A stretch of DNA of 64,000 bases from Ostreococcus lucimarinus (GCA_000092065.1 CP000583.1); one strand, 5' to 3'. Counted from the first letter of the stretch, positions 21,424 through 31,765 are shown. Numbers and translations are program-made. The notes: generated by a model not told the origin, from the letters alone.

Positions 21424-22233
21424 ATGTCGATCTCGAACAGCGTGCGAAAGCTGGAGACGGACGCGTACGGCGCGATCCTGAAAGCGATGGCGGTGACGGG
21501 GCTGACGTGGGAGCGCGAGGAGTTTTTAGGACGGCTCAGGGTGGAATTAAACGTCTCGAGCGAGGAGCACTTGAAGATGAGGGACCAGGTCGAAACGGAC
21601 GAACGCGTCGCTAAATTGCGACAAGGGCTGACGGATCATAAGGATACGCAGGAGGCGAAGCGACAGCGAACGGAGGCGGCGGCGATGGCGGCGGCGATGG
21701 CGCCGGCGGCGCCGCCGAGGGCGCACGCGGCGCCGAGGCGAAAGCCGCAGCACTCGGCGACGAGAGCGCCGAAGATCACGCCCGCGCAGTTGGAAGCGAT
21801 GGGGGTGAATGAGCTCATCTGTAAGAAGGTGAAGAGATTCTGGCCGAGCGAGGGGGGGTGGTTTGATTGCATCATCACGGATTATAACACCGAGACGAAG
21901 CAGCATTGCTTGACGTACGAAATCAATACCCCGAACGAGTCGTACGAATGGGCGGACATCTCGACGTTTTCCCCGCATGAGTTCAAGATTGAAGAGGGCA
22001 GGGTGGATATTCGTGAATTGCAGGCGTTCACGCAAGGACCAGGGGCGGCAGCGGCGCAAGCGCAGGCCAACACGTCGGTGGTGGGCGCTCCCGCGGACCA
22101 CATCGTTGCGGCGGCGACCAAGGCGCGTGATCCGGCCAAATTCGAGGCGGTGAAGACCTCTTTGACGGCCGAAGAGGAGGCGCTACGAAAGCAACTCGCA
22201 GAATTGGAAGACAGCGAAGATGAAGACGATTAA
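21424..22233 (+). CDS. ENT (EMSY N-terminal) domain plus Agenet/Tudor-like domain protein (EML-like chromatin reader)
   Basis: The ENT block AYGAILKAMAVTGLTWEREEFLGRLRVELNVSSEEH, an Agenet-like block KKVKRFWPSEGGWFDCIITDYN, and an acidic C-terminus. Confidence 0.5.
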   Translation: MSISNSVRKLETDAYGAILKAMAVTGLTWEREEFLGRLRVELNVSSEEHLKMRDQVETDERVAKLRQGLTDHKDTQEAKRQRTEAAAMAAAMAPAAPPRAHAAPRRKPQHSATRAPKITPAQLEAMGVNELICKKVKRFWPSEGGWFDCIITDYNTETKQHCLTYEINTPNESYEWADISTFSPHEFKIEEGRVDIRELQAFTQGPGAAAAQAQANTSVVGAPADHIVAAATKARDPAKFEAVKTSLTAEEEALRKQLAELEDSEDEDD

Positions 22234-22306
22234 CACTGATGTCGAAGGGAAATAATCTAGAAAAAAATTTACAGCCCCGATGATGTAACGATTTCGTCGT
22301 CTTTGT

Positions 22307-23119
22307 TTACGTTTTCTTGTACCATTCCGCGAGCTTTTCCATGGGCACGCCGATGTGATAACCTAATATAATTACTTGATTCATCAGAGTCACTTTACTG
22401 AATCCTCGCTCGTCCCATCGCCTGCCGCTCGTCGTCACGGGGGCGCTAAATAGCGCCGGCGCGCCGCGTCGCCGCAACTTTCGCGCCATGATGTAGTCCT
22501 CCATAAACGGTAGCTCATCGAACCCTCCGACGCTGTCAAACGTTTCTCGTCGCATAACCAAAGCCTGATCACCGTAAGGCATTCTAAACAGTCTACACCG
22601 CGCATTCGTCCCGAATTCGATTGCGCGCCGAGTGCACGTTCGAGCGAACCCTTCGTCCTCTCGCTCGCCGCCCATCTTAAATTCGAACGCCCCCCACTCG
22701 CGCGATCGTCCAGTCACGCGTTTCGCCAACGCGCGCGTTATTAACTCCCCGTACCCAGTCGGTAGCGTGCTATCGGCGTGCAGAAACACCAACACATCGC
22801 TCGCGTCTCGCGTCCCCGTCGCCGCCGCCGCCGCCGCCCCCGCGTTCATCTGTCTCCCTCGTCCTCGCTCGCTCCTCACCACGCTCGCCCCGTGCTTCCG
22901 CGCCACGCGCACGGTGGCATCGGTGCTTCCGCCGTCAACGACGATCACGCGCGCGCTCGCGTTCGCGCGCGCGCTCGCGATGGCTTCGCGCACGCGCGTC
23001 TCTTCGTTTAGCGCTGGGATCACCACGGTGAACGACGCCTTCGACGACGGCGCCCTCGACGACGACGCGCGACGCCCATCGCGCGCGTCGCCGTCGCGTC
23101 CCGCGCGATCGAACCGCAT
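22307..23119 (-). CDS. Family-2 glycosyltransferase (GT-A fold)
   Basis: FTVVIPALNEE...VIVVDGGSTDAT...VLVFLHADSTLP is the typical GT2 N-terminal architecture. First ATG at 23119. Confidence 0.55.
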   Translation of the reverse strand: MRFDRAGRDGDARDGRRASSSRAPSSKASFTVVIPALNEETRVREAIASARANASARVIVVDGGSTDATVRVARKHGASVVRSERGRGRQMNAGAAAAAATGTRDASDVLVFLHADSTLPTGYGELITRALAKRVTGRSREWGAFEFKMGGEREDEGFARTCTRRAIEFGTNARCRLFRMPYGDQALVMRRETFDSVGGFDELPFMEDYIMARKLRRRGAPALFSAPVTTSGRRWDERGFSKVTLMNQVIILGYHIGVPMEKLAEWYKKT

Positions 23120-23202
23120 CGCGCGCCGCGTCGACCGCACCGCGCGCGCGGTCAACGAGTGACGATTTGTATTCGTTTCGACTTCAGAACGACGCGCGAC
23201 GC

Positions 23203-25173
23203 ATGCGACGCGCGGTCGTCAACGTCGCCCTCGGCGCGCTGACGATCGTCGATGTTGTTTCGCGCGCGAGCGCGAGCGCGGTGACGATGCGCGCGCGCGC
23301 GATGCGGGCGTACGTCGCCGATGCGATGACGTGCGGCGTCGAAGGACGGTTGCGCGACGAAGCGTCGTCGAGCGATCGGGACGGCGGTGGCGCGCGCGTC
23401 GTCGCGGCGATCGGTGACGGCGGTGATGGATGCGCTGTCGATGCGCGAGGACTGGCGCTGGGCGAGGCCGCGGGACGGGTTGAAGCGATGGAACGCTCGA
23501 GCGCGGCGGACGCCGAGGCGCTGGCGCGCGCGATGATAAACGCGACGACGACAGAGTTGTGGTTGAGGAACGATTTTCGAGCGGTCGAGGAGCTGCTAAT
23601 CCCGATATTCAGCGTTCGCGACGACGACGATGGCTGGCGATGGATGACGCTGTGGGTCAACGCGAATGGAGACGCGCGAATGGGCGGCGACGATTTCTTT
23701 ACGCCGAAGTCGTTCTCTCTCGAGGCGGATGAGGAGAATCAGACGCACGTCGTCGTAATCGTCGACGATGCCGCGGTGAAAACATATGTAAACGCCGCGT
23801 TAAAGTTACAAATGCCTCGGGGGGATGTATGGAGGCTGTCGCGTCCATATGCGCGAGCGCGCATCGTCCTCGGAGGAAGGGCGACCAACGCCGATATTGC
23901 GTGGTCGGGCACGATATACGCTGTCGCGCTCTACCCGTTTGCGCTCACCGCGAGTGACATCGAAAACATTTATGCAGCCGGTTTACCTCACGCTACGCTC
24001 GAGACGTCGGGCGAAATTATCGATATTGACGTGAATCGAGGCGAGGCTATTTCAGCTACGTTTGACGTCGAGACACAAATTGAATTCGATAGCGATCGCC
24101 TCGACGCGCTGTGTGATGAGAATGAGAGTTCTTGCGATTTGTACGTTGATTCTGAATTGATCATCCTAGAGTGGCCACTTTACGGGACGGTTTACTCGTG
24201 TGGATATCCGCGATCTCAGGGCAATGTACGGCGCCTGCCCGCGGACGAGCTGTGCTACCTTGCGACGAATGCTCCGAGCGGTGTAGACGAACATTCGATG
24301 GTGTACCGCGATGCATTTAGATTTGAAATCGCCGGTATCTCTCAGTCACCACGGTTCAAGATTGCGGTTGACGTCCACAAGGGCGTGCTTGCGTGTGACG
24401 TCAACATCCATATGGACGAAGGAGGCGTCGCTGTCACGACGCTTCAGATCATGAACACTGGACACGAATCCGAAGACACGGGCTTCATAGTGAACACATT
24501 TATGGAGCATGGGGTATTTTTTTTTGAGAATGGAACGACCGTACCGATTTATGAGCGCATCGTAGGACACGCGTGCGGGGCTCAGCCCGCATGCAAATAT
24601 TATTCAGTCGATCAGCAAATGCGTCGATGGTGCTTAAACGTCGTTATCGTGCCGTTGCCGGAGTATTTCAATGCGCAAGATACGTTCTTGGGTCCAGAAT
24701 ATCCACCTTGGGAGATGAAGCCGACGAAGATCTCATATTCGGGCTTTGTCGGCGAACACCTATCAAAGCCGGCAACGTTGAACATCACCGTGAGTGCCGT
24801 ATCGAACGAACCGCGGCTTCGAGTGAACCGCAGTGTTTTTACAGCAAAATACCTCGATCGGGTGAGTATCGGAACTTTTCGAATAGACGCGGGTGATTAC
24901 GACTCAAGAGCGTCGCGCGTCGCTATTCGCTCCGCAAAAGCAAATTTGTTATCAGTCTCCAACCTGAGCGCCGTGGCGCTTTGTGAGAATCCGTTCGTCG
25001 CAGGTGATGGAACCGGCAATGATGAGATTGTCTTTGATGCCGTACCGAGCGTCATCGCCTCCGTGCTGAACAGTTTGGTTTACGTTCACATCAAACGCGG
25101 CGCCACACAAGACGAGGTGCGAATAGAAGTCGGCGCAAAAAAGATCGTCTTGATAGCGCTGCTGGGCGCGTAG
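23203..25173 (+). CDS. Secreted protein with a concanavalin A/LamG-like lectin-type domain
   Basis: A signal peptide (MRRAVVNVALGALTIVDVVSRASASA) and a LamG_3-like block (DIAWSGTIYAVALYPFALTASDIENIY). Confidence 0.4.
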   Translation: MRRAVVNVALGALTIVDVVSRASASAVTMRARAMRAYVADAMTCGVEGRLRDEASSSDRDGGGARVVAAIGDGGDGCAVDARGLALGEAAGRVEAMERSSAADAEALARAMINATTTELWLRNDFRAVEELLIPIFSVRDDDDGWRWMTLWVNANGDARMGGDDFFTPKSFSLEADEENQTHVVVIVDDAAVKTYVNAALKLQMPRGDVWRLSRPYARARIVLGGRATNADIAWSGTIYAVALYPFALTASDIENIYAAGLPHATLETSGEIIDIDVNRGEAISATFDVETQIEFDSDRLDALCDENESSCDLYVDSELIILEWPLYGTVYSCGYPRSQGNVRRLPADELCYLATNAPSGVDEHSMVYRDAFRFEIAGISQSPRFKIAVDVHKGVLACDVNIHMDEGGVAVTTLQIMNTGHESEDTGFIVNTFMEHGVFFFENGTTVPIYERIVGHACGAQPACKYYSVDQQMRRWCLNVVIVPLPEYFNAQDTFLGPEYPPWEMKPTKISYSGFVGEHLSKPATLNITVSAVSNEPRLRVNRSVFTAKYLDRVSIGTFRIDAGDYDSRASRVAIRSAKANLLSVSNLSAVALCENPFVAGDGTGNDEIVFDAVPSVIASVLNSLVYVHIKRGATQDEVRIEVGAKKIVLIALLGA

Positions 25174-25313
25174 AGCTGTGCAATGCGTACAATGAATTTT
25201 TGCAGCTGATTATCGTCGAATTTACCCGCACTAGCTCGATCAACTGCGCGCCGCGCCTCACTTCTCCGCGGTGACTACCTCGCAGTGGTCACAATCGCAC
25301 TCGTGCGGACGCC

Positions 25314-25685
25314 ATGCCCGGTAAACCGCCGCGAAACGAGCGCTCGCTGGTGTGTTTCATCCAAGCTCTAGTCGGGACCACGGTCGTGATCGAATGCCGC
25401 GATGACGTCGCGCTCAGGGGTCACCTCGAGCAGTGCGATGAGGGCATGCACTGCACGCTCACGAATGCAATCCGCGTCACGCCCGAGGGGCACAAGACTA
25501 AGCTCGAGCGCGTGTTCGTGCGCGCGCGCATGATACGTTACGTACACTTCGCGCCGACGATCGATCCGTTAGAGCTGATCGAACAGAAGAGGCTCGAGTG
25601 GTTCAATGCGTCGAGGCACTACGCGGGCAAGGCGGCGTTTGGTCCCAAGAACGCGCCCAAGGTACGGGATGCGGAGGCTAGGTAG
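25314..25685 (+). CDS. LSM10: Sm-like protein, LSm10-like (U7 snRNP) or SmD1-related
   Basis: An Sm fold with LVCFIQALVGTTVVIECRDDVALRG (Sm1) and RMIRYVHFAPTIDPLELIEQ (Sm2). It has no RG tail, which fits LSm10 better than SmD1. Confidence 0.55.
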   Translation: MPGKPPRNERSLVCFIQALVGTTVVIECRDDVALRGHLEQCDEGMHCTLTNAIRVTPEGHKTKLERVFVRARMIRYVHFAPTIDPLELIEQKRLEWFNASRHYAGKAAFGPKNAPKVRDAEAR

Positions 25686-25754
25686 AAAAGCGTACAGTAG
25701 ATAAATAGAATGAATAGCATGCTTTGTGTAATATTACAGTGTATCATCAAATCA

Positions 25755-27926
25755 TCAAATTTGTTCCGCGTTCATCTCTTCGGCTTCAGCCAAGACACCT
25801 TCCAAACGTTCCCACTCTGCGTAATAAAGCTCTTGCTTGGCCACCTTGGCGTCTTTTTTCTTTTGGATTTCCAAAGCTTTGGAGACGTCTGCACCAGCAT
25901 TGAAGAGCTCGGAATCAAAGGTAGTGATCTCCTTGTCCAAGACTTCGAGCGCTTTCTCAATCTTCGCTATGAGGCCAGGCGCATTGTGCGCTTCACGCAA
26001 TAGCTCGCGCTTGCGCTTCTCTTCCTCTTTCGCGGCTTCTTTATCCTCTTCGCTCGCAAATTCGATAGTCTTAACTTTTTTGCCGATCTTTTTGTCCTCG
26101 GCGTCTTGTTCCTGCTTCTTCACATAGTCGCGCAGTTCGGAGTAGGATCCAGACCAGTCAGAAATCCCACCTTCGCCATCAAAGACGAAGATGTGATCTG
26201 CCAAGTTGTTCACGAATTGTCTATCGTGACTCACTATGAGGACACAGCCATCAAAATTCGAGAGCATATCCTCGAGTGCTTCGATAGTGTCCAAGTCTAA
26301 ATCATTCGTCGGCTCATCGAGGATCAGAAAGTTTGGACAGAGGGCCAAGACAGTGAGCATCTGAAGCCTTCTCTGCTCACCACCGCTCAAAGCTCCGATT
26401 TGTACTGCTTGTTTACCATCTGTGAAGTTGAATCGCTCGAGCAAGGTGTAAACACTCAATCTTTGTCCGGCAAAACCACCAATCAGGTCCTTTGCCTCAC
26501 CCTCAATTTCCTTCACGTAGTCGACAACGCGTTGCGTCGGGTCACGAAAGTTCACGACTTGGCTGTAATAGCCGAAAGACACCGTCTCGCCGACTGAAAC
26601 CCAACCCGCATCGAGGGGGACTTGCCCTAAGATGGTTTTGATGAGCGTCGTCTTGCCAGCACCGTTGGGCCCGACGAGGCCGATTTTCTCACCCTTATTG
26701 AATGCATAGCTGAAACCATTCAATATCGTCTTATTGCCGAATGAAAGACGCGCCTCGTCGAATTCCACGATAACATCGCCCATTCTAGAAGATGACACCT
26801 CTCCAAGCTCGATTGTTTTCGTTTTCGTGCCTTTGTAGTTGACTTTGTTTGTCAAGTCAGAGAAGCGTTCAATACGAGCCTTCTCTTTGGTCGATCGAGC
26901 CTTCGGTTGTCGACGCATCCATTCTTGTTCTCTTCTGAAAGTGTTCTTCGCCGCTTGTAACTGTTGCGCTTCCGTCGACCAACGCTCTGCACGCTGCTCG
27001 AGAAACGTCGCGTAGCCGCCGCGGTGTCTGTATGACCCTCCCCTTCCGTCGAGCTCGATAATGTCTGGACAAACGTTATCGATGAACATTCTGTCGTGAC
27101 TCACCAACAGTACCGTGAGTTTGGGATCTTGAAGTTGACCTTCCAACCATTCCACGCCCTCGACGGATAAATGATTCGTAGGCTCGTCTAAAATTAACAG
27201 ATCCGGCGTCTCCACGAGCGCCGCCGCCAACGCCACGCGCTTTCGCTGCCCTCCCGAAAGTTCGCCCATTTTATTCTCGATGAACGAATCGCACCCGAGC
27301 TTTTTCAACGCAACTTGCGTCTTTTCTTCTAAATCCCAAGCCCCCAGCGCGTCCATATCCGCGATCGCGGCCGACATCAACCCTTCGTCGAGCGTTCCTC
27401 GAGCGGCAGCCGCCATCACCGCGTCGTATTTTCTCAACGCTCGCATCACCGGCGTATCGCTCGCGTACACCGCATCAATCACCGTGAGTTCGGCATCAAA
27501 GTCCGGTTCTTGATCGACAAAGCACACTCGCAGCCCTTTCCTGCGCCACACCTCCCCATCCTCCAGCCCGACTTTTCGGCCTCCCAAAACCTGCAGCAAG
27601 GTTGACTTCCCACTCCCGTTCGGTCCGACGATCGCCACCTTTTGCCCTTCGCTCAGTCCGACGTCGACGTTTAAGAATTGATACCGCTCACCATCGTACG
27701 TTTGTCGGAGATTTTGCGCCGAGAGCACGCTCTCGCGATCGCGCGCGTCGTACGTTTGCTGTCGGCCATCCTTGTAGACGTCGCCGCCGCGTTTGCCCGC
27801 GCCCACGCGCGCGAGTCTTCGCCTCGCGGGCGTTTCGCTCGCGCGCGCGCGACGTGCGCTCGGTGTTTGAGCGTCGCCAGCGCGACTCGCGCGGTGCGGC
27901 GAAGCGAAGCGCGCGGGCGACGCCAT
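25755..27926 (-). CDS. ABC-F family ATPase (two ABC domains, no TMD)
   Basis: Two Walker A motifs (GPNGSGKST and GPNGAGKTT), two LSGGQ/LSGGE signatures and a C-terminal coiled-coil tail. First ATG at 27926, with a presequence-like N-terminus. Confidence 0.85.
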   Translation of the reverse strand: MASPARFASPHRASRAGDAQTPSARRARASETPARRRLARVGAGKRGGDVYKDGRQQTYDARDRESVLSAQNLRQTYDGERYQFLNVDVGLSEGQKVAIVGPNGSGKSTLLQVLGGRKVGLEDGEVWRRKGLRVCFVDQEPDFDAELTVIDAVYASDTPVMRALRKYDAVMAAAARGTLDEGLMSAAIADMDALGAWDLEEKTQVALKKLGCDSFIENKMGELSGGQRKRVALAAALVETPDLLILDEPTNHLSVEGVEWLEGQLQDPKLTVLLVSHDRMFIDNVCPDIIELDGRGGSYRHRGGYATFLEQRAERWSTEAQQLQAAKNTFRREQEWMRRQPKARSTKEKARIERFSDLTNKVNYKGTKTKTIELGEVSSSRMGDVIVEFDEARLSFGNKTILNGFSYAFNKGEKIGLVGPNGAGKTTLIKTILGQVPLDAGWVSVGETVSFGYYSQVVNFRDPTQRVVDYVKEIEGEAKDLIGGFAGQRLSVYTLLERFNFTDGKQAVQIGALSGGEQRRLQMLTVLALCPNFLILDEPTNDLDLDTIEALEDMLSNFDGCVLIVSHDRQFVNNLADHIFVFDGEGGISDWSGSYSELRDYVKKQEQDAEDKKIGKKVKTIEFASEEDKEAAKEEEKRKRELLREAHNAPGLIAKIEKALEVLDKEITTFDSELFNAGADVSKALEIQKKKDAKVAKQELYYAEWERLEGVLAEAEEMNAEQI

Positions 27927-27992
27927 CGCGACGCGCGCGATGATGCCGACACATCGCGACGCGCGTCGCGACCGAGCGAAGAACCGACGCAG

Positions 27993-28682
27993 ATGCGCGC
28001 GAACTCGCGCGCGCGCGCGACGGCGACGATGCTGGTGCACGCTCGGTGCGCGCGCGCGTCGCGCTCGGCGCGCGCGCGGAGAAGGGCGTGCGCGCGAGCG
28101 AGGCGACGCGTCGGTGCGAGCGGTGACGATGACGAAGGACGCGGTGTTGGACGACGCGAGGACGACGCGAAGAGGGGGGAGTACGACGTGCCGTACGATG
28201 TGGTGAACGCAAAAAGCGATGATCCGTACGAGCTGAGGGTGTACGGGGCGTATTACGTCGCGGCGACCACGTACGAGAATCGCGAGCGAGGGCTGACTAC
28301 GCTGCTAGAGTACTTGGAGGGCGGGAACGTCGAGGGAGCGATGTATCCACCGACGCAGCCTTTGACGACGAGATACTTTGAGGGTGGAAAAACAATGGAA
28401 CTCGCGTTGCTCGGTCGACGAGCCAAGGAAAGTATCGCGGCGCCGTATGAAGATAGCGACGTGAAAGTGGTGGCGGGCGGCGGCGAGTTGTTGGCCGCGA
28501 TGACTTTTGAAGGCAACGCAACGCCCGATGTGGCCGAGTTTTATCGATCTAAACTCGTTTCTGCGTTACAGGCGAATGGTTTGAAGTGTGTGGACGATCA
28601 AGCGTTCCGAATAAACACGTTCGGGCCGTTATATAGTTTGAAGACGCGGCGCAACGAGCTTTTGATGCAAGTGGCAATGTGA
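27993..28682 (+). CDS. SOUL/HBP heme-binding family protein with a presequence
   Basis: A SOUL domain from YDVPYDVV...YELRVY through FGPLY. Its ATG is only ~66 bp from the divergent ABCF ATG. Confidence 0.6.
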   Translation: MRANSRARATATMLVHARCARASRSARARRRACARARRRVGASGDDDEGRGVGRREDDAKRGEYDVPYDVVNAKSDDPYELRVYGAYYVAATTYENRERGLTTLLEYLEGGNVEGAMYPPTQPLTTRYFEGGKTMELALLGRRAKESIAAPYEDSDVKVVAGGGELLAAMTFEGNATPDVAEFYRSKLVSALQANGLKCVDDQAFRINTFGPLYSLKTRRNELLMQVAM

Positions 28683-28937
28683 TTCGCGCGCTTCGGGACG
28701 GCGCAAGCGGGCTCTTAGATGTACAGTTTGCGTTTCGTTCTACAATTCTCTAGAAAGCTATAGTAATATACTCTGTTAACGATCGGTATCGCCAACCTGC
28801 TCGGATGACGTGTTGTAAAAGAGAAAACCATCACGCGGTGCAAATTCGAAATTTTTCGAAAATGTCGCCAGCCCCACCGCGCGTAGCTCTCAGAGTCAAC
28901 GGTAACTCTCAATGTGAGTAAAACCAGTAAAATTATG

Positions 28938-29519
28938 TCAGTGCGTAGCGTGTCCTTTACGCTGTCCGGCCAGCAACCTCGCCGCCTCGACGGCCTCCTT
29001 CGCCAGTCTCTGGTGTTTGCGACGCGCGATTTTCGCATCCGCCGCGGCGCGCTTCTGTGCCGGCGTCAGCGCGTCTCGTCGCCTCTGCGACCGCAGCCGT
29101 TCCTTCTCTCGATGCTCGGGGGTCTGAACCAACCGACGCCGTATGCTTCGCATTCTCTTGCGATCGGATTCCGTCGCGTCGGCCGCGTCGGCCTCGTACT
29201 CCGGCACGATGACTATCGCCACCTTGGTCTCGCCCGCCCCCCCCCCCGTCGCCTCCCTCTCGCCGCTCGCGCCCGTCTCCTCGCCCTCTTCTTCCCCACG
29301 ACCGACCTCGTTCTTTTTTTCTTCCCGCGCGTCGCGGTCGTCCGCGTCCGCGCCGTCGCGCGCCGCTCGCGCGTCCTCCTCCTCGCCGTCGATGAATCGC
29401 AATCGCGGCAGCGCCGCGTCCCGCGCGCGCGCGCGTCTTCCGCCCCTACCCGTCGCCGCCGTCGTCGTCGCCGCCATCGGACGCGCGATCGGGCGACGCG
29501 ATCGACGATCGTCGTCCAT
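28938..29519 (-). CDS. Hypothetical basic/acidic low-complexity protein
   Basis: An ORF with its first ATG at 29519, a KR-rich C-terminus and high GC3. No recognisable domain. Confidence 0.25.
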   Translation of the reverse strand: MDDDRRSRRPIARPMAATTTAATGRGGRRARARDAALPRLRFIDGEEEDARAARDGADADDRDAREEKKNEVGRGEEEGEETGASGEREATGGGAGETKVAIVIVPEYEADAADATESDRKRMRSIRRRLVQTPEHREKERLRSQRRRDALTPAQKRAAADAKIARRKHQRLAKEAVEAARLLAGQRKGHATH

Positions 29520-29738
29520 CGCGCGCCTCGATCGCGCCGATCGCGCGCGTTCGCGCCGCGCGTCCGACACTCGCGCGACCGCGCGACCGCGCGATCGCGC
29601 GGACGCGCCAGCGGACGCGCCTCGCGGATACGCAGTTACGCTTTGCGCAGTGACGCGGATATCGCGCGCGTCGCGATCGACGTCGATCGATCATCGCGAT
29701 CGACGACGATCGACGCGTCGAGGTTCGATCGATCGTTC

Positions 29739-29855
29739 GGGTCCGCTTTAAGTAGTTTGGGTCCGCTTTAGTGGTATTTGGATCCGTCATGCTATCTTGG
29801 GTCCGCCCTCAGTGGTCGTCCGGCGTCGCGGGTCCGCCCTCGGTGGTATTTTTCG
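29739..29855. repeat. Five tandem ~20-25 bp units (GGGTCCGC[TTTA/CCTC]GTGGT..TTT) in the divergent promoter upstream of PRP19
   Basis: Seen directly in the sequence. An adjacent (CGAT)n tract lies at 29871..29950. Confidence 0.7.
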
Positions 29856-29870
29856 GCGATCGATCGCGAC

Positions 29871-29950
29871 GTCGATCGATCGATCGATCGATCGATCGAT
29901 CGACGCATCGACGCATCGAGGCGTCGATCGCGACGCGCGATCGATCGATC
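29871..29950. repeat. (CGAT)n / (TCGA)n microsatellite
   Basis: A perfect CGATCGAT... run, self-complementary. Confidence 0.9.
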
Positions 29951-30023
29951 GCGTCGCGCGTCCGTCCGCGCGCGCGTCCGTCCGCGCGCGCCGCCGGCGC
30001 GCGGGAGTGCGCGACGCCGGGGC

Positions 30024-31593
30024 ATGTTTTGCGCGATCAGTGGGGCGGCGCCGGCGCGCCCGGTGGTGACGCCGAGAGGCGTGCTGTACGAGAGATCGTT
30101 GATCGTGAAGGCGATCGAGGTGCGCGCGCGAACCGAGGGCGAGGGGAGGGCGATGGGAGGACGCGCGCGGGCGATCGCGGCGAACGGGGCGCGGATGCGA
30201 CGTGAATTGTGACGCGCGAATGCTGACCGGAACGCGCGATTTACGACGATAGGAACGAGGCGAGTGCCCGGTGACGAAAGAATCGCTGAGCGTGGACGAT
30301 TTGATCGAACTCAAGGCGCAGAAATGGGTGAACCCGCGACCGGAGGCGACGATGTCGGTGCCAGGGTTGTTGAGCGCGTTTCACAACGAGTGGGACGCGT
30401 TGATGCTAGAAACGCACACGCTGCGGAAGGAATTACAAACGACCAGGCAAGAGTTGAGTCATGCGTTGTACCAACACGATGCCGCGTGTCGAGTGATCGC
30501 ACGGTTGATGAAGGAGAGAGATGATGCCAGAGACGCGCTCGCGAACGCGAAGGGGTCGGCGAAGCGAAGCGCCGCGGGGGACGCCGAACCGGAATCGAAA
30601 AAGGTCAAGGCGGGACTTCCGGCGGCTGTCGTGGCGAAAATGAATGACGTGCAGAAGGAACTTTCGAGTGGACGCAAGAAGCGCGAAATTTCGAGCGAAT
30701 TGGCGACGATGGGGGATATCTCGGCGTACGAAGCCAAGGTGACGCAAGCTGTGCACAAGACGTCGCCTGCAGGCATCAACGCCGTGGCGATCAAAGCGGG
30801 CGACGATAACGTCATCGCCACGGCGGGTAACGATCATACTGTGGCAATCTTTGACAAAGTAAGCTCGCAGCGCGTTCAGCAGCTCAGCGGACATTCCAAG
30901 AAGGTTCTCGACGTCAAGTTTGTCGGCGACAACGTGTTGTCGTGTGGCGCGGACAAAGTCGTCAAGCTTTGGGGTGCCGATGGCTCTGAGATTGCAACGT
31001 TCGGTGATCACACTGGTGATGTAACCAGCGTCAGCGTGCATCCCTCGAACAGCTATTTTGTGTCCACTTCAACGGACAAGACTTGGGGATTTCACGACCT
31101 TACCACGAGCTCGTGCATCACCTTGGTGAACGACGACACCGATTCTGCCATCACGTGCGCAAATTTCCACCCCGATGGTGTGATTTTGGGAGCGGGCACG
31201 AAGGATTCGGTAGTTAAGCTTTGGGATGCTAAAGATGCGCGCAAGTTGCTTCAATTAGACGGCCATGCGAGCGAGATTACCGGTTTGTCTTTCTCGGAAA
31301 ATGGCTACTATCTCGCCTCTGCGGCTAAGGACGGTGTGAAGATTTGGGACCTTCGAAAGTCCAAGCTCGTTCACGAGATCGAATGTGCTGGCGCACAGGG
31401 CGTTGCTTTCGACCACAGCGGGTCTTACATCGCCACTGGCGGTCACAATGCGTCCGTTTACCAGGTGAAAGGCAAGTGGGAATTGGTCAAGGAGTTTGAG
31501 GTGAAGAAGGCTGTCAAGGCTGTCGCCTTCGGCGGCGACGCGCGGTCGCTCGTCGTCGCTAGTGCCGACCATAACTTGCGTATCTTCGCTTAG
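30024..31593 (+). CDS. PRP19: Pre-mRNA-processing factor 19 (U-box E3 plus WD40). Two exons: 30024..30119 and 30253..31593
   Basis: Exon 1 (MFCAISGAAPARPVVTPRGVLYERSLIVKAIE) is the U-box start. Exon 2 continues ERGECPVTKESLSVDDLIELK, then the SHALYQHDAACRVIARL coiled coil and 7 WD repeats. The 133-bp intron is GTGCGC...CTGAC...TAG. Confidence 0.85.
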
Positions 31594-31765
31594 ATCTAGG
31601 ATTCGATTAATTTACACACTTCTAAAGTGAGCTAAACCTCTCGCAGTCTCGCGCACAAAGCGCCAGCGCGTCGGCAAATTCGCTAAAACTCGCGCATCAC
31701 CGACCATCGCGAGACGACACGACAGGCGCGAGGTCTACGGCTAAAGCTCGTTACACGATCGACAC

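Noticed and set aside
29871-29950. CGATCGAT repeat arrays (also 44522..44586) as possible CRISPR-like arrays
   Set aside because: They are perfect tetranucleotide microsatellites without spacers. The context is eukaryotic, with no cas genes.
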